Position numbers and translations under genes: made by a program | Shown here: one piece after another, positions 1 through 10,384 of the stretch | Layout: each line of letters starts with the position of its first letter | How positions within the stretch are numbered: the stretch's first letter is position 1 | From: Vulcanimicrobiota bacterium | Lineage (GTDB): Bacteria; Vulcanimicrobiota; Vulcanimicrobiia; Eremiobacterales; Eremiobacteraceae | DNA: 64,000 nucleotides | Assembly: GCA_963805945.1 (NCBI GenBank) | Contig: CAWDVP010000006.1 | Span: 352,001 to 416,000 of the forward strand | Direction: 5' to 3' | Notes under the pieces: generated by a model | The model's input: the letters and a program-made list of their open reading frames with translations, nothing else | What the model was told of the DNA's origin: nothing | The model's database searches: none

Positions 1-274
1 GCAGCTTCGTGACGACCGGCACGTTGTCCGACAGCGATCGGCCGAGATTGCCATGCGCCACCTGCCACACGTATGCGCCGAGCTGATCGTACCACGGCTC
101 ATCGAGTTTCAACTCGTGCGTGAGGCGCTCGATGTCGGTTTTCGTGGCGTGTTCGCCGAGCAAGATCTGCACCGGATTGCCCGGGATGAGATGCAAGAAC
201 AAGAACGAGACGACGGTGATGGTGAGCAGCACGGCGGCGAAGCGCACCGTTCGCTGCGCGAGAAATCTGGCCAC
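1..274 (-). CDS. ABC transporter permease, DppB/OppB family (3' part beyond window edge)
   Basis: Not in ORF track; manual translation from GTG 274 gives [43 protein letters not shown]...[10 protein letters not shown]...HGNLGRS, the typical DppB N-terminus. Confidence 0.85.
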   Translation of the reverse strand, partial: MARFLAQRTVRFAAVLLTITVVSFLFLHLIPGNPVQILLGEHATKTDIERLTHELKLDEPWYDQLGAYVWQVAHGNLGRSLSDNVPVVTKL

Positions 275-408
275 AGCCGAAGGCCTTTGCTTGCCGAACC
301 GCAAACTCCCTCAGCCTCACCGCCGGGCTTAGCCCTCATGCGCGCGCGACCTTGTCGTGTCGCCATAGGGCAGTCAGCGCCTTCTTCGTTGGAGCATGGA
401 AAACGCCG

Positions 409-2517
409 ATGATCTCTTCGCTCGCATTCACCATGACGATCTGGTTCGCGTTGGGGTCGGGGGTGCTGGCGCTCGCGTACGGCGTCGGCCTCATCATGTG
501 GATCCTGCGCAAGCCCGCCGGCACGCCGCGCATGCAAGAGATCGCCGCCGCGATCCAAGAGGGCGCGATGGCCTACATGCGCCGCCAGTACACGACCATC
601 GCGATCGTCGCGGTCGTGCTCGCCGCCATCATCGCGGTCGCGTTCCACGGCTGGCAGGCCGCGGTGGGCTTCCTCATCGGCGCTGTGCTGTCTGGCGCCA
701 CCGGATTCATCGGCATGTCCATCGCCGTGCGCGCCAACGTGCGCACCGCCGAAGCGGCCAAGTCAGGTCTGCCCGCCGCGTTTCTCGTCGCGTTCAACGG
801 CGGCGCGATCACCGGCTTGCTCGTCGTCGGCCTCGGGCTGATCGCGGTGGCTGGCTACTTCGCGATCATGCACGCGGTGTACGGCGACGATCTGCATTCC
901 GCGCTGGGCGCCATGGTGGGGCTCGGCTTCGGCTGCTCGCTCATCTCGGTGTTCGCGCGTCTGGGCGGCGGCATCTACACCAAGGGCGCCGACGTCGGCG
1001 CGGACCTCGTCGGCAAGGTGGAAGCCGGCATCCCCGAGGACGATCCGCGCAATCCCGCGGTGATCGCGGATAATGTCGGTGATAACGTCGGCGACTGCGC
1101 GGGCATGGCAGCCGACCTCTTCGAAACCTACTGCGTGACCACGATCGCGGCCATGCTGCTCGGCTCGCTCGTGTTCCGGTCGAATCCCGAGCTCGCGCTC
1201 ACCTCTGCGCTGTTCCCGCTGGCGATCGGCGCCGTGTCGATCATCACGTCGATCGTCGGCACATGGTTCGTCCGCGTGCGCGGCACCGCGATCATGGCGG
1301 CGATGTACACGGGCTTGGCGGTCGCCGCGGTCCTGTCCGCCATCGCGTTGTACCCCTTGACGCTCCACGTCATGGCGCGCGCCGACGAGGCGATGGGCGG
1401 CTCGGGTCAATTCGCCGCGTGGCATCTCTGGGCGTGCGCCGTCGTCGGTCTCGCGGTCACCGGTCTCATGATGGTGATCACGGAATACTTCACCGGCACG
1501 CAGTTCAAGCCGGTGCAAGAGATCGCCAAGGCCTCGACCACGGGCCATGCGACGAACATCATCACCGGGCTCGCAGTGTCGATGAAAGCGACCACCTTGC
1601 CGGCGCTCGTCATCGTCGCAGGCATCCTCGTCGCCTTCAGCCTCTCAGGCCTGTATGGCGTCGCCATCGCGGCGATGTCGATGCTCTCGATGGCGGGCAT
1701 AATCGTCGCGCTCGATTCGTACGGTCCGATCACCGACAACGGCGGCGGCATCGCCGAGATGGCGAAGCTGGGTCCGGAGATCCGGGCCATCACCGATCCG
1801 CTAGACGCGGTGGGCAACACCACCAAGGCCGTCACCAAAGGCTACGCCATCGGTTCGGCGGCGCTCGCCGCCATCGTGCTGTTCGCCTCGTTCCAGCAAG
1901 AGCTCGCCGACGCGGCGCGCGGCACGGCGCAGTTGATCTTCAAACTCGACGATCCGTACGTGCTCTCCGGCCTCATCATCGGCGGAGCGCTGCCCTATCT
2001 CTTCGGCTCGCTGTGCATGGAGGCCGTCGGGCGCGCCGGCGCCGCCGTCGTCGAAGAGGTGCGCCGCCAGTTCCGCGAGATCAAAGGCATCATGGACGGC
2101 ACCGGCAAGCCCGAGTACGGCCGCTGCGTCGACCTCGTGACCGCCGCCGCCCTGCGCGAGATGCTGCTCCCCGCGCTCATCCCGGTTCTCACGCCGATCG
2201 CGGTCGTGCTGCTCGGCGTCTTCCACATCTTCACCCCGGGCAACGCCGCCCTCATGCTCGGCGGCGTGCTCGTCGGCTCGATCGTCACGGGCGTGTTCGT
2301 CGCCATCTCGATGACCTCAGGCGGCGGTGCTTGGGATAACGCCAAGAAGTACATCGAAGACGGCCACTACGGCGGCAAGGGCAGCCCGGCGCATGCTGCC
2401 GCCGTCACCGGCGATACTGTGGGCGATCCGTACAAAGACACGGCGGGGCCGGCCATCAACCCGATGATCAAGGTGCTCAACATCGTGTCGCTGCTGCTGG
2501 TGTCTTTCCTTAGATGA
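409..2517 (+). CDS. hppA: Membrane-bound H+-translocating pyrophosphatase (K+-independent type)
   Basis: Motifs [36 protein letters not shown] has Lys at the K+-dependence position. Confidence 0.95.
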   Translation: MISSLAFTMTIWFALGSGVLALAYGVGLIMWILRKPAGTPRMQEIAAAIQEGAMAYMRRQYTTIAIVAVVLAAIIAVAFHGWQAAVGFLIGAVLSGATGFIGMSIAVRANVRTAEAAKSGLPAAFLVAFNGGAITGLLVVGLGLIAVAGYFAIMHAVYGDDLHSALGAMVGLGFGCSLISVFARLGGGIYTKGADVGADLVGKVEAGIPEDDPRNPAVIADNVGDNVGDCAGMAADLFETYCVTTIAAMLLGSLVFRSNPELALTSALFPLAIGAVSIITSIVGTWFVRVRGTAIMAAMYTGLAVAAVLSAIALYPLTLHVMARADEAMGGSGQFAAWHLWACAVVGLAVTGLMMVITEYFTGTQFKPVQEIAKASTTGHATNIITGLAVSMKATTLPALVIVAGILVAFSLSGLYGVAIAAMSMLSMAGIIVALDSYGPITDNGGGIAEMAKLGPEIRAITDPLDAVGNTTKAVTKGYAIGSAALAAIVLFASFQQELADAARGTAQLIFKLDDPYVLSGLIIGGALPYLFGSLCMEAVGRAGAAVVEEVRRQFREIKGIMDGTGKPEYGRCVDLVTAAALREMLLPALIPVLTPIAVVLLGVFHIFTPGNAALMLGGVLVGSIVTGVFVAISMTSGGGAWDNAKKYIEDGHYGGKGSPAHAAAVTGDTVGDPYKDTAGPAINPMIKVLNIVSLLLVSFLR

Positions 2518-2518
2518 T

Positions 2519-2542
2519 GTAGCGGTCGAATTTATTCGACCG
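2519..2542 (+). repeat. REP-like hairpin, family A
   Basis: GTAG-CGGTCGAA-TTTA-TTCGACCG just after hppA stop. Confidence 0.85.
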
Positions 2543-2551
2543 TCGGTGCGG

Positions 2552-3262
2552 CTAGCTCGGGCCTGGGCCGAAGATCTGCTTCACCCACGACCAACCTTGA
2601 ACCGCGTGCACCAGCTGATGATAGATCCCGAGCTCGAAAGCGCGGCCTTGCGGGAATAGCGCGACGATGCCGAGGATGACGATCGAATAGAAGATCGCGC
2701 CGAGCACGCCCCAGATGACCGACTCGATCGTGGCGACGGGTCGCGGCGGGGCGGCCGACTGCGTCACGCGCGCCGCTTGGCTCAAAGGTTTCGCGCCGGG
2801 CGCGACGTAGCCGGTGCTCTGCGCGCCCGTGTCGTCGAACGTGGCCGGTCGTTGCGGCGGCGCCGTCTCGTCGTGACCCCCGATCAGACGCACGATCTTG
2901 CGCCGCTCGTCGGGGTTGAGGTCGACGAACTCGGCGAACGTCGTATAGCCTGCGGTGTCGATGGCCTCGGTCTGCGAGCGCACGCGGATCAGGCCGCGCA
3001 CGGTCGCGTTGATGCTCGGGAAATCGATGTTGGTGAACATGACGGTGCCTTCAGGGATCTCGACCGGAAAACTGACGATGAGCTGCTTCTCATCGAGGTG
3101 CGTGACGCGGCCCGATACGTCGAGATTGTACTCGGCGTTGCGCGATTGCACGTTTGCCGGCGTTGAAAGCGGCGCCGGCGGAAAATCCCCGCTACCCTGC
3201 ACGTAGCCCCTTCCCCCTCGGGTCCCGGACCCACGGTCGGTCGACCCCTGAGCAATTGACAT
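2552..3262 (-). CDS. Hypothetical membrane protein, possible PilZ-like N-terminal domain (true start may be GTG near 3151)
   Basis: beta-rich domain ending AEFVDLNPDERRKIVRLI as in PilZ domains; C-terminal TM helix. Confidence 0.55.
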   Translation of the reverse strand: MSIAQGSTDRGSGTRGGRGYVQGSGDFPPAPLSTPANVQSRNAEYNLDVSGRVTHLDEKQLIVSFPVEIPEGTVMFTNIDFPSINATVRGLIRVRSQTEAIDTAGYTTFAEFVDLNPDERRKIVRLIGGHDETAPPQRPATFDDTGAQSTGYVAPGAKPLSQAARVTQSAAPPRPVATIESVIWGVLGAIFYSIVILGIVALFPQGRAFELGIYHQLVHAVQGWSWVKQIFGPGPS

Positions 3263-3345
3263 GCGCGCCCGGTCGGCCCTCTAGAGGTATCATCGGCCAG
3301 TTTGCCGCCGTCCCGCAGACCTCCTTACTTCCCCGCAGGAAACTT

Positions 3346-3374
3346 TTGCACGTCGGCTTGTCGTTCTATACAAT
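3346..3374 (+). promoter_or_regulatory. SigA-type promoter, probably giving a leaderless mRNA
   Basis: TTGCAC-N17-TACAAT; in-frame ATG 7 nt downstream at 3382. Confidence 0.6.
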
Positions 3375-3381
3375 GATGAAT

Positions 3382-4227
3382 ATGGATCACAGTCTCACGC
3401 GCCACCGGATGACCCGGAGATGCTTCCTGTGCGGGGCGCAAGGCGCCGCGCTCGCCGCCGGAGCTTTGCTCACTATGCCAGGCCTGGCGCTCGCAGACGA
3501 GCAGTCGCAGGAGCAGGCCATCGGCCAGCAGGTCTACGATCAACTGCGCAAGCAGGGTCAGATCGTCGACCGGTCACCGTACTACGCGGTGCTACGCTCG
3601 GTCGGGAAACGCATCTCCGACGCCGCACTGCCGCATTGGTACACGATGAAGTTCGTGGTGGTCAAGGGCGCTCAGGCGAATGCCTTTTCCGTGCCGGGCG
3701 GCTGGGTCTACGTGAACGAAGCGTTGCTGCGCCAATCGGAGGACCTCGACGAGCTGGCGAGCGTGCTCGGCCACGAGACCGGCCACATCGTCCTCGGCCA
3801 TGTCATGCAGCGCCTCAAGGACGCGCAGAACCTCAGCATCCTCTTCACCATCGGCAGCCTCCTCGTGCATAGCCAAAGCGCGGCGAACGTCTACAACATC
3901 GCGCAGCTCGGCGCCAACTACGGCTTCCTCAACTTCTCGCGGCAGCAGGAGTACCAAGCCGATCACGAGGGCGTGATACTCGCCGCCAAGGCCGCATACG
4001 ACCCCTGGGGCATGGTCTGGTTCTTCCAGAAACTCGAGGCGTTGTATGGCGATGTCGGTTTTGAGCAATACGTCCAGGACCACCCGTCCACCAAGGACCG
4101 CATCACGCGCATCGAGGCGTTCTTCAAGAGCGACCCTGCGACGTTCAGCCGCTGGCCCCAAACTCTCACCGCAAAACCCGGTCTGCCGCAGAACACGACT
4201 GACGACCAGCTCGTGCTGACTCCATAA
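3382..4227 (+). CDS. M48 family Zn metallopeptidase with Tat-like signal
   Basis: TRRCFL signal; NAFSVPGG, HETGH, SRQQEYQAD, HP motifs. Confidence 0.9.
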   Translation: MDHSLTRHRMTRRCFLCGAQGAALAAGALLTMPGLALADEQSQEQAIGQQVYDQLRKQGQIVDRSPYYAVLRSVGKRISDAALPHWYTMKFVVVKGAQANAFSVPGGWVYVNEALLRQSEDLDELASVLGHETGHIVLGHVMQRLKDAQNLSILFTIGSLLVHSQSAANVYNIAQLGANYGFLNFSRQQEYQADHEGVILAAKAAYDPWGMVWFFQKLEALYGDVGFEQYVQDHPSTKDRITRIEAFFKSDPATFSRWPQTLTAKPGLPQNTTDDQLVLTP

Positions 4228-4249
4228 ACACCGGTACGGAAGAAAGAAA

Positions 4250-4277
4250 GGGGCCGATCCGAAGATCTGGCCCCTAC
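4250..4277 (-). repeat. REP-like hairpin, family B
   Basis: Plus strand GGGGCCGATC-CGAA-GATCTGGCCC-CTAC (GTAG on minus) between convergent genes. Confidence 0.75.
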
Positions 4278-4302
4278 AGCCCCGTTAAGGCCGGCCTTCG
4301 AG

Positions 4303-4677
4303 CTACTTGATCTCGACCTTGGCGCCTTCGGCCTCGAGCTTGGCCTTGATCGCCTCGGCCTCTTCTTTGGTCGCGCCGGCCTTGACCGACTTGGGCGCGC
4401 CTTCCACCAGATCTTTGGCCTCTTTGAGACCCAAGCCCGGCACGACTTCGCGCACCACCTTGATCACGTTGATCTTCTTCTCGCCGGCTGCGAGCAGCAC
4501 GACGTCGAAGTCGGTCTTCGCCTCGACCGGAGCGGTGGCACCGCCGCCTGCGGCCGGCGCAGCCACTGCGACCGCCGCCGCGCTGACGCCGTATTTCTCC
4601 TCGAGCGCTTTGACCAGCTCGGCCAGTTCGAGGACCGTGATCTTGTCGATTTGATCGATGATATCTGTTATCGCCAT
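4303..4677 (-). CDS. rplL: 50S ribosomal protein L7/L12
   Basis: [22 protein letters not shown] signature. Confidence 0.98.
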   Translation of the reverse strand: MAITDIIDQIDKITVLELAELVKALEEKYGVSAAAVAVAAPAAGGGATAPVEAKTDFDVVLLAAGEKKINVIKVVREVVPGLGLKEAKDLVEGAPKSVKAGATKEEAEAIKAKLEAEGAKVEIK

Positions 4678-4710
4678 GATAGAGTATCCGTTCCTTTCAT
4701 GCGGTCCTTG

Positions 4711-5244
4711 TCAGGCCGCTGGTTGATCTTCAGATTTCTTGCCGTGGATCGCATGCAAGAGCCGTACCAGTTTGCCGCGATTGCCGTTGAGCACGCCGTG
4801 CAGTCTGTACAGCGGCGATTTCAGGCTGCCGACGAGGGCTGCGAGCAGCTCTTGTCGACCGCGGATCTTCGAAAGCGCCAGCACTTCGGCCGCATCGAGA
4901 AATCGGCCGTCGACGAACGCCGCTTTGATCTGCAGCTTCTTCGAGTCGTTCGCGAACTTCGCGAGCGCCTTCGCCGCGAGCACCGGGTCGGACTCGACGA
5001 ACGCGACCGCCGTCGGGCCTTCGAGGACGCCCTTGAGCTGTTCGCGCTTCTCGTCACCGATGGCGATGCCGAAGAGCGTGTTCTTGACGACCGAGTAGCT
5101 CGCCGAATCTTTGCGCAACTCGTTGCGCAGCATGCGGAGCTCGCCCACCGTCAGGCCGCGGTAGTCCGTGAAGAACATGCTCGCTACCTTGGCAGCGCGC
5201 TCCCGCAGCGCGACGATCTCTGCGTCTTTCTTAGGGGTTGGCAT
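4711..5244 (-). CDS. rplJ: 50S ribosomal protein L10
   Basis: DYRGLTV..VVKNTL..GPTAVAF; start ATG 5244. Confidence 0.97.
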   Translation of the reverse strand: MPTPKKDAEIVALRERAAKVASMFFTDYRGLTVGELRMLRNELRKDSASYSVVKNTLFGIAIGDEKREQLKGVLEGPTAVAFVESDPVLAAKALAKFANDSKKLQIKAAFVDGRFLDAAEVLALSKIRGRQELLAALVGSLKSPLYRLHGVLNGNRGKLVRLLHAIHGKKSEDQPAA

Positions 5245-5301
5245 ATCTAGATTCACCTCCGATCGCTGCGTGGGACCCGAGCGTCGCTCGGGCACCACAT
5301 G

Positions 5302-5337
5302 AAAAGGCGCCCTCTCGAGTGTCTCGAGAAAGCGCTT
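5302..5337 (-). terminator. Attenuator-type terminator in rplJ leader
   Basis: mRNA AGCGCUUUCUCGAG-ACA-CUCGAGAGGGCGCC-UUUUC. Confidence 0.6.
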
Positions 5338-5351
5338 GGCGATCGAGGTGC

Positions 5352-5375
5352 CGGTCGAATGAATTCGACCGCTCC
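5352..5375 (-). repeat. REP-like hairpin, family A
   Basis: Plus strand CGGTCGAA-TGAA-TTCGACCG-CTCC. Confidence 0.85.
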
Positions 5376-5391
5376 AAAAGTCGCTTCGCTT

Positions 5392-5452
5392 CCTCGGCAG
5401 GCCCCTCGCGGGATTACCGCAGCCGGGGAGGGCTGCGACCTGCGGTCATCGG
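5392..5452 (-). promoter_or_regulatory. Ribosomal protein L10 leader
   Basis: mRNA CCGAUGACCGCAGGU...UAAUCC...CCUGCCGAGG resembles the L10 leader core; upstream of rplJ. Confidence 0.75.
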
Positions 5453-5458
5453 ACGCAT

Positions 5459-5482
5459 CGGTCGAATGAATTCGACCGCTAC
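5459..5482 (-). repeat. REP-like hairpin, family A
   Basis: Plus strand CGGTCGAA-TGAA-TTCGACCG-CTAC just downstream of rplA stop. Confidence 0.85.
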
Positions 5483-5489
5483 ATTTGTA

Positions 5490-6194
5490 CTAGGCGGCGG
5501 GCTCCGCTTTGAGCCTCGTCGGATCGATGCGGACACCCGGTCCCATCGTGCTGGTCAAGGTCACGCTCTTGAGATACGTACCCTTGGCCGATGCCGGCCT
5601 GGCCCGCACGATGGCGTCGGTGACGGCCGTGAGATTCTCCATGAGCGCTTCCTTGGAGAACGAGGCCTTGCCGACGATGCAGTGGATGTTCGCCGCCTTG
5701 TCCAGACGATATTCTACCTTACCGGCCTTGATCTCAGCAACCGCTTGTTTGATATTGAGCGTGACCGTCCCGACCTTCGGGTTGGGCATGCGCTGCGCGA
5801 GGATCTTGCCGAGGTTCGAGCCGACGGCGCCCATCATGTCCGGGGTGGCCACGGCGACGTCGAAATCGAGCCAGCCGCCCTTGATACGATCGATGAGGTC
5901 CTGGTCGCCGACGACGTCTGCGCCGGCCTCCTGAGCCTCCTTCGCCTTCTCGCCCTTGGCGAACACGACGACCTTCTTGGTCTGGCCTGTGCCGTGCGGC
6001 ATCACGACCGTGCCGCGCACGTTCTGCTCGGCCTTCTTCTGGTCGACGCCGAGCCGTACGTGCAATTCGATAGTCTCGTCGAACTTCGCCTTCGCGTTGG
6101 CTTTGACGAGCTCGACGGCGCGCGCCACGTCGACCGATCGCTCGTTTCCGAGCGCCTTCACGCTTTCGCGGTACTTCTTGCCTGGTTTTGCCAT
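5490..6194 (-). CDS. rplA: 50S ribosomal protein L1
   Basis: [35 protein letters not shown]. Confidence 0.98.
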   Translation of the reverse strand: MAKPGKKYRESVKALGNERSVDVARAVELVKANAKAKFDETIELHVRLGVDQKKAEQNVRGTVVMPHGTGQTKKVVVFAKGEKAKEAQEAGADVVGDQDLIDRIKGGWLDFDVAVATPDMMGAVGSNLGKILAQRMPNPKVGTVTLNIKQAVAEIKAGKVEYRLDKAANIHCIVGKASFSKEALMENLTAVTDAIVRARPASAKGTYLKSVTLTSTMGPGVRIDPTRLKAEPAA

Positions 6195-6210
6195 GGTGTC
6201 TGACTCCTGC

Positions 6211-6239
6211 GTGGTGCGAGCGGCTTTCGGCCTCCCACG
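6211..6239 (-). promoter_or_regulatory. Putative L1 autogenous binding site upstream of rplA
   Basis: mRNA GUGGGAGG-CCGAAAGCC-GCUCGCACCAC internal-loop hairpin just before the rplA SD. Confidence 0.6.
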
Positions 6240-6254
6240 ATCTGGTTTTGTTAT

Positions 6255-6278
6255 GGAGCGGTCGAATTTATTCGACCG
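6255..6278 (+). repeat. REP-like hairpin, family A
   Basis: GGAG-CGGTCGAA-TTTA-TTCGACCG abutting the rplK TGA. Confidence 0.85.
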
Positions 6279-6701
6279 TCAACCGACCTCGATGCCCATC
6301 GAGCGCGCCGTGCCGGCGACGATCTTCGCCGCCGCGTCGATGTCGTTGGCGTTGAGGTCGACCATCTTCATCTTGGCGATCTCGCGGCATTTCTCCATCG
6401 AGATCTTGCCGACTTTCTTGCGATTGGGCTCGCCCGAGCCCTTTTCGACGCCCGCGGCCTTTTTGATCAGCTCGGACGCCGGCGGCGTCTTGAGGATGAA
6501 CGTGAACGAACGGTCCTCGAACACCGTGATGACGGCGGGGATGATCTGGCCCTTCTGATTGGCGGTGCGTTCGTTGTACGCCTTACAGAACTCCATGATG
6601 TTGATGCCGTGCTGGCCCAGCGCAGGGCCGACGGGCGGCGCTGGCGTAGCGGCGCCGGCCGAACATTGGAGCGTGATCTTCGCGATGACCTTTTTTGCCA
6701 C
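6279..6701 (-). CDS. rplK: 50S ribosomal protein L11
   Basis: [15 protein letters not shown] signature. Confidence 0.98.
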   Translation of the reverse strand: MAKKVIAKITLQCSAGAATPAPPVGPALGQHGINIMEFCKAYNERTANQKGQIIPAVITVFEDRSFTFILKTPPASELIKKAAGVEKGSGEPNRKKVGKISMEKCREIAKMKMVDLNANDIDAAAKIVAGTARSMGIEVG

Positions 6702-6704
6702 GAT

Positions 6705-7304
6705 CTATACCTTTTCGACCTGATAGAATTCGAGCTCGACCGGCGTCTCCCGGCCGAAGATCGAGATGAGCGCGCGCAGACGCTCTTTGGTGGGATCGAT
6801 CTCATCCACCGTGCCGGTGAAGTCGAAGAACGGTCCCGAGGTGACCTTGACGCGATCGCCTTTGGCGAAATCGATCTTGAGCTTGGGCGTCTCGATGCCC
6901 ATCTGCTTGAGGATCGTCTTGACCTCTTTGTCCACCAGCGGCAGCGGCTTCTCGCCGGAGCCCGGCGAGCCGACGAAGCCGGTCACGCCCTGCGTGTTGC
7001 GGACGACGTACCACGACTGGTCGGTCATCTTCATCTCGACCAGGACGTAGCCGGGATACACCTTCTTCTCGACCTCTTTGCGCTTGCCGTCCTTGAACTC
7101 GACCTCTTTGTCCGTCGGCACGAGCACGCGGTACACGAAGTCCTGCATGCTCATCGACTTGATGCGCCGCTCGAGATTCGCCTTGACCTTGTTCTCGTAG
7201 CCCGAATACGTGTGCACCACGTACCATTTGCGGTCCGGGTCGTCCGGCGTGGCGAGCAGATCGTCGAGATCGGCCGCCGCGGCCTGCTGCTGTGTTTCTT
7301 CCAT
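6705..7304 (-). CDS. nusG: Transcription termination/antitermination factor NusG
   Basis: WYVVHTYSGYENKV; KOW domain; IFGRETPVELE. Confidence 0.98.
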   Translation of the reverse strand: MEETQQQAAAADLDDLLATPDDPDRKWYVVHTYSGYENKVKANLERRIKSMSMQDFVYRVLVPTDKEVEFKDGKRKEVEKKVYPGYVLVEMKMTDQSWYVVRNTQGVTGFVGSPGSGEKPLPLVDKEVKTILKQMGIETPKLKIDFAKGDRVKVTSGPFFDFTGTVDEIDPTKERLRALISIFGRETPVELEFYQVEKV

Positions 7305-7308
7305 AGCG

Positions 7309-7599
7309 CTAGCTCGGCAACCTGAAGATCCACTGCACGAGATTGCTGATGAGCGACGTCCAGATCGCCACCACGGCGACGAGCCCCAGCGTGATGAGCG
7401 TCGCCGAGACCCACTCCTCGCGGCTGGGCCATGTGACGCGTTTCATCTCGGACACGACTGCGCGGTATCCGTCGGACAAGCGCCGCCACTGGCGCTCGCG
7501 TTCGACGACGCGCGTCTGGTCGGCCTTATCCTTCTCTTTCGCCGCGGGCTTCGCATCGACGTCGTCGATGGGTCTGCCGGGGGCCGTGATTCGCTTCAT
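7309..7599 (-). CDS. secE: Preprotein translocase subunit SecE
   Basis: EMKRVTWPSREE plus TM; synteny tRNA-Trp/secE/nusG. Confidence 0.92.
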   Translation of the reverse strand: MKRITAPGRPIDDVDAKPAAKEKDKADQTRVVERERQWRRLSDGYRAVVSEMKRVTWPSREEWVSATLITLGLVAVVAIWTSLISNLVQWIFRLPS

Positions 7600-7612
7600 C
7601 TCTTCCTTTGGT

Positions 7613-7636
7613 CGGTCGAATACATTCGACCGCTAC
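7613..7636 (-). repeat. REP-like hairpin, family A
   Basis: Plus strand CGGTCGAA-TACA-TTCGACCG-CTAC. Confidence 0.85.
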
Positions 7637-7651
7637 ATGCTCTCGAGGATC

Positions 7652-7727
7652 TGGCAGGGCGGACAGGACTCGAACCTGCAACCAACGGTTTTGGAGACCG
7701 CTACTCTACCAATTGAGCTACCGCCCT
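7652..7727 (-). tRNA. tRNA-Trp(CCA)
   Basis: 76-nt cloverleaf, anticodon CCA, encoded 3' CCA. Confidence 0.97.
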
Positions 7728-7728
7728 A

Positions 7729-7893
7729 TTAGCGCGTCTCTTTGTGGGCCGTATGGCACTTGCACCAGCGGCAGTACTTCTTGAGCTCCAGCCGCGCGCT
7801 CGTGTGCTGCCGGTTCTTCATCGTCGTGTAGTTGCGCCGTTTGCAGTCGCCGCACGCGAGCGTGACGATCACCCTGTTCTCCTTTTTGGCCAT
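7729..7893 (-). CDS. rpmG: 50S ribosomal protein L33 (Zn-binding form)
   Basis: Below ORF-track cutoff; [24 protein letters not shown]...[20 protein letters not shown]. Confidence 0.97.
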   Translation of the reverse strand: MAKKENRVIVTLACGDCKRRNYTTMKNRQHTSARLELKKYCRWCKCHTAHKETR

Positions 7894-7899
7894 CGACGC

Positions 7900-9093
<1,194 letters not shown>

Positions 9094-9129
9094 GGTTGTT
9101 CTTATGATTCCCTTCGCCGAACGCTAAAA

Positions 9130-9149
9130 CGGTCGAGCAAGCTCGACCG
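9130..9149. repeat. REP-like hairpin, family A variant
   Basis: CGGTCGAGC-AA-GCTCGACCG (compensatory changes) in tuf 5' region. Confidence 0.7.
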
Positions 9150-9218
9150 CCCGAATCCTGCGGCCATGCTGACGCACACCCCGTGTTCCCGTTTTCCGGA
9201 ATGCGAAAATCGAAACTT

Positions 9219-9292
9219 CGCGCCCGAGAGGACTTGAACCTCCAACCTACGGCTTAGGAGTCCATCGCTCTATCCAGTTGAGCTACGGGCGC
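9219..9292 (-). tRNA. tRNA-Arg(CCT)
   Basis: Cloverleaf, anticodon CCT; CCA not encoded; A-G mismatch at base of anticodon stem; promoter-like TTGCAG-N18-TACAAT at 9331-9302. Confidence 0.9.
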
Positions 9293-9330
9293 ATTACGTC
9301 TATTGTAGCATCTGCCGCAGCGAAGCTGCA

Positions 9331-9402
9331 AGCCCTCGGCGGGGATTGAACCCGCGGCCTCGTCCTTACCAAGGACGCGCTCTACCACTGAGCTACAAGG
9401 GC
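9331..9402 (-). tRNA. tRNA-Thr(GGT)
   Basis: Cloverleaf, anticodon GGT. Confidence 0.96.
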
Positions 9403-9429
9403 GGCCGCCCCCGGACGCCGCCGAGGCGC

Positions 9430-9615
9430 TTAGCGCTTGTTGATCGAGTCGCCGATCTGCTTGACGCCGGATTCCACCGCCCGCTCGCCCTGCCAGAAGA
9501 GCCCGATGATCCATCGGATCGTCGCGATGAACCCGATCACCGCGAAGACCAGCATCACGCCGATGACCCACAACGCCCCATGCGCTATGTTCGTGAGAAT
9601 ATCCATGTGGTGCAC
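9430..9615 (-). CDS. Small hypothetical membrane protein
   Basis: 61 aa, one long hydrophobic segment, purine-rich SD-like sequence upstream. Confidence 0.65.
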   Translation of the reverse strand: MHHMDILTNIAHGALWVIGVMLVFAVIGFIATIRWIIGLFWQGERAVESGVKQIGDSINKR

Positions 9616-9687
9616 CCCTCTCGACTCGCGCTAAGCTATCCCGCGCAGCCGGGATTTACCTGCCCCCTGCCGATCGAGGCGAGTTCG

Positions 9688-9763
9688 TGGAGCGGGAGAC
9701 GGGTCTCGAACCCGCAACATCCAGCTTGGAAGGCTAGCGCTCTACCGATTGAGCTACTCCCGC
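9688..9763 (-). tRNA. tRNA-Gly(TCC)
   Basis: 76-nt cloverleaf, anticodon TCC, 3' CCA. Confidence 0.97.
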
Positions 9764-9798
9764 GCTCTCACAATGTTTGGGCAACGCAGGCGACCTTC

Positions 9799-10374
9799 CT
9801 ACAGGCACACGTGCTCTCGATTGCCGCTCTCGAATGCGCGCCAGCGCGGCGATGCCGCTCCGGCGGGCCGCGCGAGCAGATACAGCATCCGGCCCAGGCG
9901 CTGCGGCGGCGTCTCTGCGATCGCCGCGCCGTACACATCGGCGTGCACGCTTTCCGCCTTCGGATCCGCCGGCTGATAGATGATCGACACCGGCGTAGCG
10001 CGCCACCATATGAACACGCCGCCCCCGTTTTCTATGATGAACGTGCGCGCGCCGTTCTCGTCGATCGGCAGGCCAGGCAGCGCACGCGCCGTCCCCGCGA
10101 CGACGCGCCGCGAGGCCTCGAGATCGACGTGCAGATCCTGCCCTTTGACGAGCCGGTCGTTGCGCAGCGCGCCGATGCCGGGAAGTTTGTACCCCTTTTG
10201 CTGCACGGGCGGACCAGCGAGGCACAGGGATTCGACGGAACTCGGCTCGTGCAGCGGCACGATCGGATGGTTGCAGCCAACCGCGAGCAGCGCGCTCGCG
10301 ACCCATGCCGCGCGGATCGCGGATGCAAAGGCGACCGGCCGCACTGCAGCCGGTCGCCGAGATGGAACGTTCAC
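9799..10374 (-). CDS. Hypothetical lipoprotein
   Basis: GTG start 10374; lipobox-like LLAVGC. Confidence 0.6.
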   Translation of the reverse strand: MNVPSRRPAAVRPVAFASAIRAAWVASALLAVGCNHPIVPLHEPSSVESLCLAGPPVQQKGYKLPGIGALRNDRLVKGQDLHVDLEASRRVVAGTARALPGLPIDENGARTFIIENGGGVFIWWRATPVSIIYQPADPKAESVHADVYGAAIAETPPQRLGRMLYLLARPAGAASPRWRAFESGNREHVCL

Positions 10375-10384
10375 CCCGCGGTCG

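Noticed and set aside
4228..4303. Absence of rpoBC after rplL
   Set aside because: Separation of rplKAJL from rpoBC occurs in many lineages; not novel
9250..9268. A-G mismatch in tRNA-Arg(CCT) anticodon stem as recoding signal
   Set aside because: Single mismatch in an otherwise normal tRNA; may be tolerated or a base-call error
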